Source: Acidobacteriota bacterium (GTDB lineage Bacteria > Acidobacteriota > Aminicenantia > Aminicenantales > Saccharicenantaceae). Taken from it: a stretch of 64,000 nt of DNA. Position numbers and translations under genes: made by a program. The notes under the pieces are model-generated. The model was not told the origin of the DNA. It made no database searches and saw nothing but the letters and a program-made list of their open reading frames with translations. This document shows, piece after piece, positions 15,993 through 25,452 of the stretch (position 1 is its first letter; each line of letters opens with the position of its first letter). The stretch is taken from assembly GCA_029569255.1 (NCBI GenBank), contig JAKQUO010000032.1, positions 11,160-75,159 of the forward strand, read 5' to 3'.

Positions 15993-18356
15993 TCAGAGCT
16001 CCTGGTGCTCGGTCCGGCGGATGATTTCGTTCTGGAGCTCCGTCGAGCAGTCGACGAAGTAGTCGCTGTAGCCGGCCACCCGGACGATGAGGTCCCGGTG
16101 CTTCTCCGGCTCCGCCTGGGCCGTCCGCAGCAGGTCGGCCGTGACGACGTTGAACTGGAGGTGGTGGCCCATGAGCCGGAAGTAGGACCGGACGAGGTCC
16201 TTGAGTCCCCTCAGCCCCGTCTCGTCGGCCAGGAGCTGGGGCGTGAACTTCTGGTTGAGGAGCGTCCCGCCCGTCCGGACGTGGTCCATCTTGCCGAGCG
16301 ACTTGATGACCGCCGTCGGGCCCTTGCGGTCGGCGCCCTGGACCGGCGAGACGCCCTCGGAAACGGCGTCGCCCGCCAGCCGCCCGTCGGCCGTGGCCCC
16401 GGTCATCTTGCCGAAGTAGATGTGGGACGTCGTCGGCAGGAGATTGATCCGGTAGGCGCCGCCGCGCGGCGTCGGCCGGCCGTCCACGGCCTCGAAATAG
16501 GCCTCGAAGACGCGCTTCATCAGCGAGTCGGCGTAGTCGTCGTCGTTGCCGAACTTGGGCGTCCGGTTGAGGAGGCGCCGGCGGAGGGCCTCGTGGCCCT
16601 CGAAGTCGTCCTCGAGCGCGGCCAGGAGCTCGGCCATCGTGAAGTGCTTGTGGTCGTAGACGTTCCAGCGGACGGCGCTGAGGGCGTCGGTGATGGTGCC
16701 CATGCCGACGCCCTGGATGTAGTTGGTGTTATAGCGGGCCCCGCCGGCGTGGTAGTCCTTGCCGGCCTTGACGCAGTCGTCTATGAGGACCGACAGGAAC
16801 GGCGCCGGCAGGTACCTGGCGTAGAGGGCCTCGATGACGTTCGAGCCGCGGACCTTGATGTCGACGAAGTGGCGGACCTGCCGGCGGAAGGCCTCGAACA
16901 GCTCGTCGAAGGTCCCGAACGCCGTCGGGTCGCCGGTCTCGAGGCCGATCCTCTTCCCCGTGCGCGGGTCGACGCCGTTTCCCAGGGTGATCTCGAAGAC
17001 CTTGGGCAGGTTGAAGTAGCCGGTCAGGATGTAGGCCTCCTTCCCGAAGGCCCCGGTCTCGACGCAGCCGCTGGCCCCGCCGTTGCGGGCGTCGGCGACC
17101 GACTTGCCCTGGCGGACGAGCTCCTGGACGATGGCCTCGGTGTTGAAGATCGAGGGCTGGCCGAAGCCCGTCTTGACGATCTCGAGGGCGCGGAGGAGGA
17201 ACGCGTCCGGCCCCTTGGCGCTGATCTGGACCATCGAGCTCGGCTGGAGGATGCGCATCTCCTCGATGACGTCGAGGATGAGGTAGCTCAGCTCGTTGAC
17301 GCCGTCGGAGCCGTCCTCTTTGAGGCCGCCGACGTTGATCAGGGCGAAGTCGGTGTAGGTGCCGCTCTCCTCGGCCGTGACGCCGACCTTGGGCGGGGCG
17401 GGCTGGTTGTTGAACTTGATCCAGAAGGCCTGGAGGAGCTCCCGAGCCGACTCCTCGGTCAGCGAGCCGTCGGCCAGCCCCTTCCGGTAGAACGGCCAGA
17501 GGTGCTGGTCCAGGCGGCCGGGGTTGAACGAGTCCCAGGTGTTGTACTCGGTGATGACGCCGAGGTGGACGAACCAGTACATCTGGAGGGCTTCCCAGAA
17601 GTCGCGCGGGGCCTCGGCCGGGACCCGGTCGCAGACCTCGGCGACGCGCTCGAGCTCCTTACGGCGCGCGGGGTCCTTCTCGCCCGCGGCCAGCTCCCGG
17701 GCCTTGTCCGCGTGCCGCCGGCCGAAGGCGATGACGGCGTCGCAGGCGGCGGCCATGGCCTTGAGCTCCTCCTGCTTGTCGTAGGCCCCGGGGTCGGCCA
17801 TGAAGTCGAGGGCGGAGAGGGCCGCGGCGATGTCCTTCTTGAAGTCCTCGAGGCCCTTGGCGTAGATCTTGCCGTCGAGGACGGTGTGGCCGGGGGCGCG
17901 CTGCTCCATGAACTCGGTGAAGACGCCGGCCTCGTAGGCGTCGATCCACTCCCGGGTCATCTCGGCGAAGATGAGGTCCCGCTGCGAGCGGCCCTGCCAG
18001 AAGGGGATGATCTCCTCGGCATAGACGCGCCGGGTCGCCTCGTCGGAGGCGAAGGAGGTCTTCTTGCGGTCGTTGAGCCGCCGGAGGTCCTGGAGGGAGT
18101 GGCAGCAGACCTCGGGGTAGGTCGGCGTCGCCTTGGGGGCGGGGCCGCGCTCGCCGACGATGAGCTCCCCGTCGTTGATGCAGACCGCCTTGTTCTCCAT
18201 GACGTGCTTGAAGGCCAGGGCGCGCTGCATCGGGACCGAAAGCGCGCGCGTTCCCGGGCGCCTGTAGAACTCGGTCAGGAGCCGGGCCCGCTCGGCGCTG
18301 ATCGTCGGCTTGGCCTCGAGCGTCTGCCGTCTCAGCTTCCGGATCCGTTCGTTCAT
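15993..18356 (-). CDS. glycyl radical enzyme (PFL2/glycerol-dehydratase-like eliminase clade), substrate unknown
   Basis: C-terminal glycyl radical motif IVRVAGYSDYF; Cys loop GGASGCVETG; ~787 aa. Start at 18356 (GGAGG 6 nt upstream) preferred over 18362. Confidence 0.9.
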   Translation of the reverse strand: MNERIRKLRRQTLEAKPTISAERARLLTEFYRRPGTRALSVPMQRALAFKHVMENKAVCINDGELIVGERGPAPKATPTYPEVCCHSLQDLRRLNDRKKTSFASDEATRRVYAEEIIPFWQGRSQRDLIFAEMTREWIDAYEAGVFTEFMEQRAPGHTVLDGKIYAKGLEDFKKDIAAALSALDFMADPGAYDKQEELKAMAAACDAVIAFGRRHADKARELAAGEKDPARRKELERVAEVCDRVPAEAPRDFWEALQMYWFVHLGVITEYNTWDSFNPGRLDQHLWPFYRKGLADGSLTEESARELLQAFWIKFNNQPAPPKVGVTAEESGTYTDFALINVGGLKEDGSDGVNELSYLILDVIEEMRILQPSSMVQISAKGPDAFLLRALEIVKTGFGQPSIFNTEAIVQELVRQGKSVADARNGGASGCVETGAFGKEAYILTGYFNLPKVFEITLGNGVDPRTGKRIGLETGDPTAFGTFDELFEAFRRQVRHFVDIKVRGSNVIEALYARYLPAPFLSVLIDDCVKAGKDYHAGGARYNTNYIQGVGMGTITDALSAVRWNVYDHKHFTMAELLAALEDDFEGHEALRRRLLNRTPKFGNDDDYADSLMKRVFEAYFEAVDGRPTPRGGAYRINLLPTTSHIYFGKMTGATADGRLAGDAVSEGVSPVQGADRKGPTAVIKSLGKMDHVRTGGTLLNQKFTPQLLADETGLRGLKDLVRSYFRLMGHHLQFNVVTADLLRTAQAEPEKHRDLIVRVAGYSDYFVDCSTELQNEIIRRTEHQEL

Positions 18357-18358
18357 GG

Positions 18359-19291
18359 TCATCCTCCCCGCCGGACCTCGAAGCCCGCCGCGCGGAAGGC
18401 CGCTTCGATCGCGGCCAGCCTGTCCCCGGACGGGGCCTCGAACCTCCGGAAATCGGCCCCCCTGCCGATCCGGCCGGCCTTTTCCAGGCCTCCGGCGTGA
18501 TAGGGCAGAAGGCCGACCCGGCGGACCGTCCCGAGCCGTTCGAGAAAGGCGACGGTCCGCCGGACGTTGTCGTCGTCGTCGTTCACGCCGCGGACGAGCG
18601 GGATGCGGACCCAGATCTCGGGGCCGGCCGCGGCCAGTCGCTCCAGGTTGTCGAGGATCGGGGCGTTCGAGACCCCGGTGAACTCCCGGTGCCGGGCGTC
18701 GTCCATGAGCTTGAGGTCGAAGAGCAGGAGGTCGGTCTTGGCCGCCAGCCGGTCGAGCGCGCCGTTCCCGGCCAGGCCGGCCGTGTCCACGGCCGTCCCG
18801 AGGCCGCGCCCGCGGCAGGCGTCGAGCAAGGCCTCGGCGAAGGCGGCCTGGACGGCCGGGTCGCCGCCGGAGAGCGTCACCCCGCCGCCCGACTGCTCGT
18901 AGAAGATCCGGTCCTTCTCGACCTCGTCCATGACCTCGTCGACCGTCATCTCCCGGCCGACGACCTGCATGGCGTCGCAGAGGCAGGCCTCGGCGCACTT
19001 TCCGCAGACATCGCACGTCCCGCGGTCGATCGAGACCGCGCCGGCGGCGTCCTTGGCGATCGCGCCCTTCGGGCAGGCCGCGATGCAGGCGTGGCATCGG
19101 GCGCACCGCCCCGGCCAGTGCATGAGCTCGGGCCCGGCGGCGACGCTCTCGGGGTTGTGGCACCAGAGGCAGCCGAGAGAACAGCCCTTGAGGAAGACCG
19201 TCGTGCGGATGCCCGGCCCGTCGTGGATCGAGTAGCGCTTGATGTCGAAGACCCGGCCTGTCACGCCCGTTCCTTTCGATGCCTGCGCCAT
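18359..19291 (-). CDS. glycyl-radical enzyme activating protein (radical SAM with two auxiliary 4Fe-4S motifs)
   Basis: CSLGCLWCHNPES radical-SAM motif; CARCHACIAACP and CDVCGKCAEAC ferredoxin motifs; abuts the GRE gene. Confidence 0.9.
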   Translation of the reverse strand: MAQASKGTGVTGRVFDIKRYSIHDGPGIRTTVFLKGCSLGCLWCHNPESVAAGPELMHWPGRCARCHACIAACPKGAIAKDAAGAVSIDRGTCDVCGKCAEACLCDAMQVVGREMTVDEVMDEVEKDRIFYEQSGGGVTLSGGDPAVQAAFAEALLDACRGRGLGTAVDTAGLAGNGALDRLAAKTDLLLFDLKLMDDARHREFTGVSNAPILDNLERLAAAGPEIWVRIPLVRGVNDDDDNVRRTVAFLERLGTVRRVGLLPYHAGGLEKAGRIGRGADFRRFEAPSGDRLAAIEAAFRAAGFEVRRGG

Positions 19292-19414
19292 GACGATCCT
19301 GCCATATTTGAGTCGTAATATATCAGATATCAGGACGGGAAATCAAGCTTTTTTCGTCCGGGCCCTACCTTTTTCCCCTGATTTGTTGTAAATAGCCATG
19401 GTCCCCGAACACCC

Positions 19415-20140
19415 ATGGACGAACAGCATCGGCCGGGAACCCCGGCGGCCGACCCCCTGCCCGGCGTCTCCTCCCGGGCGCCGAGGCCCGGCTTCGTCAA
19501 GCGCCTCTACCTCGAGGAGCGGGACGCCTGGCGCCGGCGCTACCGGAAACACTTCAAGCACGCGGCCCGGGCGCTCGGGCTGGGCTTCGTCGCCGGGTTC
19601 TTATTCTTCCTGCTGCAGCCGGGCCGGGAGACGAAGGCCCTCGAGTTCGTGGCCAGGTCCCTCAAGGACATCCGCCTCGAAGGCCCGCCTCTGACGCTGG
19701 CCCTGACCCTGTTCTATCACAACGCCCGGGCCTCGGCCGTCGCGGTCGCCGCCGGGGCGGTCCCTTTCCTGTTCCTGCCCATCTTCGATCCCCTCCTCAA
19801 CGGCGGGGTCCTCGGCCTTCTGGCCTCGGTCGGCAAGCACCAGGGGCTCGACGTGCCCCGGCTCTTCCTGACCAAGGTCCTGCCCCACGGCGTCTTCGAG
19901 CTCACGGCCGTCCTTTACGCGACGAGCCTGGGCCTGCACCTATCGGCCGAGATGGGCAAGAAGGCCGTCGTCTCCTGGAGAAGAAGAAAGGGGACACACA
20001 CTCAATGTGTCCCCTTTCCGGAACCGGCGGGGCCGGCCGGCGTCGCCCGCGACATCGTCCGCTCGTTCGTCCTGGTGGTGCTGCCGCTCCTCCTCGTCGC
20101 CGCGGCGATCGAGGGCCTCATCACGCCTCTTCTCGACTGA
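19415..20140 (+). CDS. SpoIIM/DUF95-like membrane protein (start uncertain)
   Basis: FYHNARASAV...LPHGVFELTAVLYA motifs typical of the stage II sporulation protein M family; carries an internal 33-nt palindrome. Confidence 0.6.
   Translation: MDEQHRPGTPAADPLPGVSSRAPRPGFVKRLYLEERDAWRRRYRKHFKHAARALGLGFVAGFLFFLLQPGRETKALEFVARSLKDIRLEGPPLTLALTLFYHNARASAVAVAAGAVPFLFLPIFDPLLNGGVLGLLASVGKHQGLDVPRLFLTKVLPHGVFELTAVLYATSLGLHLSAEMGKKAVVSWRRRKGTHTQCVPFPEPAGPAGVARDIVRSFVLVVLPLLLVAAAIEGLITPLLD
19986..20018. repeat. perfect hairpin (13-bp arms GAAAGGGGACACA / TGTGTCCCCTTTC, 7-nt loop) inside a CDS
   Basis: read directly; 33 nt = 11 codons; shares the GGGGACA/TGTCCCC core with the intergenic palindromes. 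Confidence 0.85.
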
Positions 20141-20151
20141 ACGGAGGGAAC

Positions 20152-20535
20152 ATGAGATTCACGTTCGCCCACAACAACATCAACGTCCTCGATCTCGACC
20201 GCAGCCTCTCGTTCTATGAGGCAGCGCTCGGCCTGGAGGCCGTCAAGCGCCACGAGGCCAAGGACGGCAGCTTTGTCCTGATCTACCTCGGCGACGGGAA
20301 AACGCCGCACCGGCTCGAGCTGACCTGGCTTCGGGACCGGAAAGAGCCCTACGATCTGGGCGACAACGAGATCCACCTGGCCTTCACGGTCGACGATTAT
20401 CCCGGGGCCTGCGCCAAGCACAAGGCGATGGGCGTCGTCTGCTACGAGAACCCATCCATGGGCATCTACTTCATCGAGGACCCGGACGGATACTGGCTGG
20501 AGATCCTACCGGAAAAACGCCCGCAGCCCGCCTGA
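20152..20535 (+). CDS. VOC family protein / lactoylglutathione lyase-like (glyoxalase I)
   Basis: ATG at 20152 preceded by GGAGGG; HNNINVLDLDRSLSFY...HLAFTVDD...YFIEDPDGYWLEI. Confidence 0.8.
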   Translation: MRFTFAHNNINVLDLDRSLSFYEAALGLEAVKRHEAKDGSFVLIYLGDGKTPHRLELTWLRDRKEPYDLGDNEIHLAFTVDDYPGACAKHKAMGVVCYENPSMGIYFIEDPDGYWLEILPEKRPQPA

Positions 20536-20540
20536 GGACG

Positions 20541-20567
20541 GGGACATGTGCCCGGGGTACATGTCCC
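20541..20567. terminator. GGGACATGT-N9-ACATGTCCC hairpin between convergent genes
   Basis: 9-bp perfect stem between the VOC stop (20535) and the mutarotase stop (20576); member of the GGGGACA palindrome family. Confidence 0.5.
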
Positions 20568-20575
20568 GGGTCCGG

Positions 20576-21766
20576 TCACTTGACCATGAACTTGTGGACC
20601 GTCGTCGTCCTGTACATCCGCCCCGGTTCCAGGACGGTCGAGGGGAAATCCGGCCGGTTCGGCGAGTCGGGGAAGTGCTGGGTCTCGAGGCAGAAGCCGG
20701 CGTGCTTCCCGTAGGCCCGGCCGCCCTTGCCGACGACCGTGCCGTCGAGGAAGTTCCCGGTGTAGAGCTGGATCCCCGGCTGGTCCGTCCAGATCTCCAG
20801 GACCCGGCCGCTCTCCGGCTCCTCGACCCGCGCTGCCCGGGCCAGCCTGCCGCCGCCGCTCCTCAGGACGAAGTTGTGGTCGTAGCCGCCCTCGACCCGG
20901 GCGATCCGCTCCCCGATCGCGCGCGGCGCCGTGAAGTCGAAGGGCGTCCCGGCCACCGGCGCGAACGCGCCGGTCGGGATGAGGTTCGCCGGGGAATCGA
21001 CGGCCGTGACGGCGTCGGCCTCGAGCTGGAGGATATGGCCGAGGACGTCGCCGTCGCCCTCCCCCCTGAGGTTCCAGTAGGCGTGGTTGGTCAGGTTGAC
21101 CGGCGTCTTCTTGTCCGTCACGGCCTCGTAGTCGATCCGCAGCTCGTCGGCGTCGGTCAGCGCGTAGACGACCTTGACCGCCAGGTTCCCGGGGAAGCCC
21201 TCCTCCCCGTCCCGGCTGAGATAGGCCAGCCGCAGGCCGATGCCGTCGGCGACGGGGATGGCCTCGGCCGTCCAGACCACCTTGTCGAAGCCCTTGACCC
21301 CGCCGTGGAGGCTGTTCTCGCGGTCGTTGGCGGCCAGCCGGCATTCGACGCCGTCGATCGTGAACCGGGCCTTGGCGATGCGGTTGCCGTAGCGGCCGAT
21401 GACGGCCCCGAAATAGGGGTTCTCGCCGAGATAGCCGGCCAGCGCGTCGAAGCCGAGGGTGACGTCGGCGAGAACGCCGCGGCGGTCCGGGACCTTGAGG
21501 GAGACCAGGGTCCCGCCGTAGGTCATGACGCGGGCCTCGAGCCCGCGGGCGTTGGTCAGGGTGTAGATGTCGACGCGCGCGCCGCCGGGCAGACTCCCGA
21601 AGGACTCTCTCTTGATCGACATTCTCGGGCCTCCTGTCGCCGCGGCCGTCTCCCCGGGGGCGGCGGCCTCCTTCTTGCAGGCCGGGCCGGCCAGGCCGGC
21701 GACAAGCGCGAGGGCGAGCGCCGCGAGGGCCGCTTTCCGGGCCGGGTTTCTCATGACAGCCTCCAC
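20576..21766 (-). CDS. aldose 1-epimerase (galactose mutarotase) with lipoprotein-type signal
   Basis: 396 aa; GFDKVVW, NLTNHAYWNL, HAGFCLETQHFPDSPN motifs; N-terminal LAGPAC lipobox. Confidence 0.85.
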   Translation of the reverse strand: MEAVMRNPARKAALAALALALVAGLAGPACKKEAAAPGETAAATGGPRMSIKRESFGSLPGGARVDIYTLTNARGLEARVMTYGGTLVSLKVPDRRGVLADVTLGFDALAGYLGENPYFGAVIGRYGNRIAKARFTIDGVECRLAANDRENSLHGGVKGFDKVVWTAEAIPVADGIGLRLAYLSRDGEEGFPGNLAVKVVYALTDADELRIDYEAVTDKKTPVNLTNHAYWNLRGEGDGDVLGHILQLEADAVTAVDSPANLIPTGAFAPVAGTPFDFTAPRAIGERIARVEGGYDHNFVLRSGGGRLARAARVEEPESGRVLEIWTDQPGIQLYTGNFLDGTVVGKGGRAYGKHAGFCLETQHFPDSPNRPDFPSTVLEPGRMYRTTTVHKFMVK

Positions 21767-21934
21767 GAGGGGGGGAACCGAGCCATTGTTCTATAGCAAA
21801 ATCTGCCGTATTTCAACCTGGCGGCCCGCCGCGGCATTCCCAGCACCCACGCAAGGTCATGTCCCGGATCTTCCCGCTCGCTTCGCGCTTGGAACGTTGG
21901 AACGTTTGACCCCGGTCCCTCCGTATGGTATGAA

Positions 21935-23362
21935 ATGGTAAACCGCATGGTCGGGAAGACCCTCAAGCATTACCGGATCGAGTCTCGCCTGGGCAAGGGC
22001 GGCATGGGCGTCGTCTACCGGGCCCGCGACACCCGCCTCGACCGCCCGGTCGCCCTCAAGACCCTGCCGCCCGGCCTGATCGCCGACCCCGATCGCAAGA
22101 ACCGCCTTCTCCTCGAGGCCCGCTCGGCCGCGGCCGTCGCCCACCCGGCCATCGCCCAGGTCTACGACATCGACGAGGCCGACGGCGTCCTCTTCATCGC
22201 CATGGAGTGCGTCGACGGCCGGACCGTCACCGGGCTCATCGCCGACGGCGAGCTCGACCAGCTGGGCGCGATAGAGATCGCCATCCAGGTCGCCGAGGGC
22301 CTGGCCAAGGCCCACGAGGCCGGCGTCCTCCACCGCGACATCAAGTCGGACAACATCATGGTCACCCGGGACGGCCACGCCAAGCTCCTGGATTTCGGCC
22401 TGGCCAAGCTCGTCGAGCCGGGCCCCGCCGCCCCGGAGGGCCCCGGCGACGGCGAGCCCGGCGCCGCCCCCGTCCCCGGGCTCGACCGGACCCTGACCCA
22501 GGGCCGCGTCCGCACCATCCCCGGCGCGGTCCTGGGCACGCTGAGCTACATGAGCCCCGAGCAGGCCCGGGGCAAGGAGCTCGACCGCCGCAGCGACATC
22601 TTCTCGCTCGGCACGGTCCTCTACGAGATGGTCACCTCGGAGCTGCCGTTCAAGGGCGATACGCCCCTCGACACGATGCACGCCATCGCCTACGAGGAGG
22701 CCCGCCCGGTGACGGCCGTCCGGCGCGACCTGCCCGCCGGGCTCCACCGCGTCGTCTCCCGCTGCCTGCGCAAGAACCCCGACGACCGCTACCCCGACGC
22801 CAACGCCTTGGCCGCCGACCTGAAGCGGCTGAAGCGCGACATCGAGACCGGGACGGCGGCCCAAGTCCCCGCCGCCGAGCGCCTCCGCAGCTGGGCCGAG
22901 CGGCTCGAGCTCTCGTTCCCGGGCGGCGCCAAGGGCATGCTCGTCCTGGCCGGGGCGATCGCCCTGGCCGCGCTGCTCGTGGCCGTCAGGTTCAACTGGG
23001 GCGGCCTGATCGTCCCGGCCTTCATCGGCCTGTTCGTCTACCGCCACTTTCGCAACCGCAAGAAGCGGATGATCGCCGCCTTCGCCAAGAAGGCCGGCAG
23101 GTTCCCCCAGGTCCGCCTCATCCTCGCCCGGGAGGACCGCGTCACCGTCGTCCTGGACCAGGCCCCGGCCAAGGTCTACATCCGCATCACGGCCCTCGTC
23201 GACGAGCTCAACGCCCGCCTCTTCGTCGGCAAGGGCGTCACGGCCGACGTCAAATCGGACCTCTCCGAGGACGAGGTCCGGACGATGCAGAAGCAGGTCG
23301 GAGTCGTCTATGCCCGGGAGGGGGCCCTCCCGGCCGGCGCCGAGGGCGCCGCCGGGGATTAG
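21935..23362 (+). CDS. serine/threonine protein kinase with two C-terminal TM helices and an unknown C-terminal domain
   Basis: GKGGMGVVYRA...VALK, HRDIKSDNIM, DFGLAK, SYMSPEQ Hanks motifs. True start may be the second ATG at 21947. Confidence 0.85.
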   Translation: MVNRMVGKTLKHYRIESRLGKGGMGVVYRARDTRLDRPVALKTLPPGLIADPDRKNRLLLEARSAAAVAHPAIAQVYDIDEADGVLFIAMECVDGRTVTGLIADGELDQLGAIEIAIQVAEGLAKAHEAGVLHRDIKSDNIMVTRDGHAKLLDFGLAKLVEPGPAAPEGPGDGEPGAAPVPGLDRTLTQGRVRTIPGAVLGTLSYMSPEQARGKELDRRSDIFSLGTVLYEMVTSELPFKGDTPLDTMHAIAYEEARPVTAVRRDLPAGLHRVVSRCLRKNPDDRYPDANALAADLKRLKRDIETGTAAQVPAAERLRSWAERLELSFPGGAKGMLVLAGAIALAALLVAVRFNWGGLIVPAFIGLFVYRHFRNRKKRMIAAFAKKAGRFPQVRLILAREDRVTVVLDQAPAKVYIRITALVDELNARLFVGKGVTADVKSDLSEDEVRTMQKQVGVVYAREGALPAGAEGAAGD

Positions 23363-25452
23363 CCCGACCGCTTGGCCTTCAGCTCCTCGACCCTTTTCCG
23401 GACGGCCGGCTGGTCCGGGCTGAGCTCGAGAGAGCGCTGGAAGGCGGCCAACGCCTCCTTGGTCCTGCCCAGGCCCTGGTGGCACTCCCCGAGCGCGTTG
23501 AGCAGGGCGGCGTTGACGCCGTAGCGGGAGACGGCCCGGTCGAGGGCCTCGACGGCCCGCTCGAGCCGGCCCTCCCGCTTGAAGCCCTCGGCGGCCAGGA
23601 CGAAGGTCTCGTATTTCGCGGCCCTTTCGGCGCCGAGGAACGGCTCGAGGGTCCGCGCGGCCGCGGCCGCGTCGCCGAGGGCGAGATAGGCCCGGGCCAG
23701 GCTCCCGGCCGCGTCCTCGGAGTCCGGCTTTTTCTCGAAGGCCCGCTCCAGGAAGACCCGCGCCTCAGCGTAGCGGCCGAGGTTGAAGAGCTGGGCGCCC
23801 GTCATCTCCGCGTAGACCGGGTCGGAGGTGTCGGCCAGGATCCGCGACGAGGTCCACGGACGCGGGATGGCGTCGGCGAAGCTCAGGTCGAACTCCTCCT
23901 CGGCGGCCACGACCTCGGCGCCGCCGCTCGCGAAGGAGACCCGGACGGCGTAGTGGGCGGGCGCGAGCTCGGCCAGGGGGAACTCCTCGACGACGTCCGG
24001 CAGGTCGGGGCACTCGGACGGCTTGCGGCGGACCGAGCGGACGGCCTGCCCCTCCTTGAGGACGTCGACGCGGACCTCGCCGGCCGCGGCGGCCTCGCCG
24101 GTCAGGCCGCTGAGCTGGAAGGCGACGACGAGCGTCTCCTGCCGGGCGAACGTCCGGCCGGGCTGGCAATGGATCTGGTAGGGGCCGACGCGGAAGGCCT
24201 TCATCCGGCGCCGGTCCGGCTCGAGACGGACGGCCCGGTAGCCGAGAAGGGGCTGGGTCAGGGCCACGGCCCCGCCGGGAGGCACGCGCAGGCCCTGCTC
24301 GACCGAGGTGAACTCCTTGGAGGCCTCGTTCTTGACGAGCACCGACAAGTTGTAATCCCCGCCGACGAGGGGGAAGAGGTCCTGGAAGTCGAACGGGGCG
24401 TGGCTGGCCGCCCGCATCTCCTCCGCCGTCAGGCTCAGGGCCACGGTCTTGTCGAACTGATGGACGGGCCGGCCGTCCGGCGTGGTGACCCGCCCGTTGA
24501 CCTTCAGGGTCGTGTAGTACTTGCCCTCGTATTCGTTGACGGACAGGCGGCGGGGCTCGACCGCGTAATGGACGAAAGAGAGCCCCGAAGGGTCGCGGAA
24601 GACCCTGATGAGGCTGTCGCTCGCGAGGTAGTTGGCCGTGTACTCGACCTCGACGATGTCCTTGTACTCCAGGAACTTCCGGGCGTAGAGGGCCTCGACG
24701 GAACGGGCCGGCGCGGACTCGATGCGCTGGATGAGGAGGTCCGACGACAGCGACGGCCGGCCCCAGGCGCCGGAGGACTCGCCGGGGACGAGGTTGAGCG
24801 AGACGGAGGCCAGCGAGGGCTCGACCTCATTGAGCTTCTCGTAGGCCGCCCCGTAGTCGGCGCCGCCGAGCCAGCCGGGCAGCAGGGCCTGGGGGCCGTT
24901 GCCGATCGGGCTGTAGAGCTTGTATTCGCCGTGGCCGTTCTCGCGGAAGAAGACGACGTTGAAGCCGGCCGGCAGCCCGGCGTCCGTCTTGCCCTGGTAG
25001 AACCAGACCTCCGTGTCGTAGACCGACGACTTGCCCTCGAACCTCTGGATGTCGTTCGGCTCGCCCAGGATGATGTAGATGCGGCCGCGGTCGGTCTTGC
25101 GTCCGGGCCGCGGGGCGTCGCGCCCGAAGTAGCGGTCGGCGTGGGCGACGCGCCGGAAGTGCTCGGTCTTGAACTCGTTCTCCCCGCTCCCGGGCGACGG
25201 GTCGCGCTGTTTCCAGAAGGCCTCGATGAAGAGGTCCCGCTCCCGGTCCGTCCGGAGCTTCAGGAAGACGTCGCGTTCCGTCGGGGCGATGATGTAGGCG
25301 ACGTCGTCGTCGAGCCATTTCTTGTACGCGTCGGGGAGCTTGGCCGGGGCGGCTTTCTGGACGCGGGGCGGGACGGCCGCGGCCGGGGCCGCGAGGGCGA
25401 AGGCCGCCGCCAGCGGAAGAACGGCCGCGAGCCGCGTCTTGATCATGCCCAC
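23359..25452 (-). CDS. GWxTD-domain protein with C-terminal TPR repeats, secreted
   Basis: signal peptide; FWKQRDP...GRKTDRGRIYIILGEP (GWxTD-type motif); TPR-like C-terminus. Confidence 0.7.
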   Translation of the reverse strand: MGMIKTRLAAVLPLAAAFALAAPAAAVPPRVQKAAPAKLPDAYKKWLDDDVAYIIAPTERDVFLKLRTDRERDLFIEAFWKQRDPSPGSGENEFKTEHFRRVAHADRYFGRDAPRPGRKTDRGRIYIILGEPNDIQRFEGKSSVYDTEVWFYQGKTDAGLPAGFNVVFFRENGHGEYKLYSPIGNGPQALLPGWLGGADYGAAYEKLNEVEPSLASVSLNLVPGESSGAWGRPSLSSDLLIQRIESAPARSVEALYARKFLEYKDIVEVEYTANYLASDSLIRVFRDPSGLSFVHYAVEPRRLSVNEYEGKYYTTLKVNGRVTTPDGRPVHQFDKTVALSLTAEEMRAASHAPFDFQDLFPLVGGDYNLSVLVKNEASKEFTSVEQGLRVPPGGAVALTQPLLGYRAVRLEPDRRRMKAFRVGPYQIHCQPGRTFARQETLVVAFQLSGLTGEAAAAGEVRVDVLKEGQAVRSVRRKPSECPDLPDVVEEFPLAELAPAHYAVRVSFASGGAEVVAAEEEFDLSFADAIPRPWTSSRILADTSDPVYAEMTGAQLFNLGRYAEARVFLERAFEKKPDSEDAAGSLARAYLALGDAAAAARTLEPFLGAERAAKYETFVLAAEGFKREGRLERAVEALDRAVSRYGVNAALLNALGECHQGLGRTKEALAAFQRSLELSPDQPAVRKRVEELKAKRSG

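Noticed and set aside
21890-21912. GGAACGTT GGAACGTT TGACCCC direct repeat, and recurrence of GGGGTCAA/TTGACCCC at 31416, 31560 and 47763
   Set aside because: The shared part is essentially a TTGACC -35-like hexamer plus G/C. It is too short to call a repeat family.
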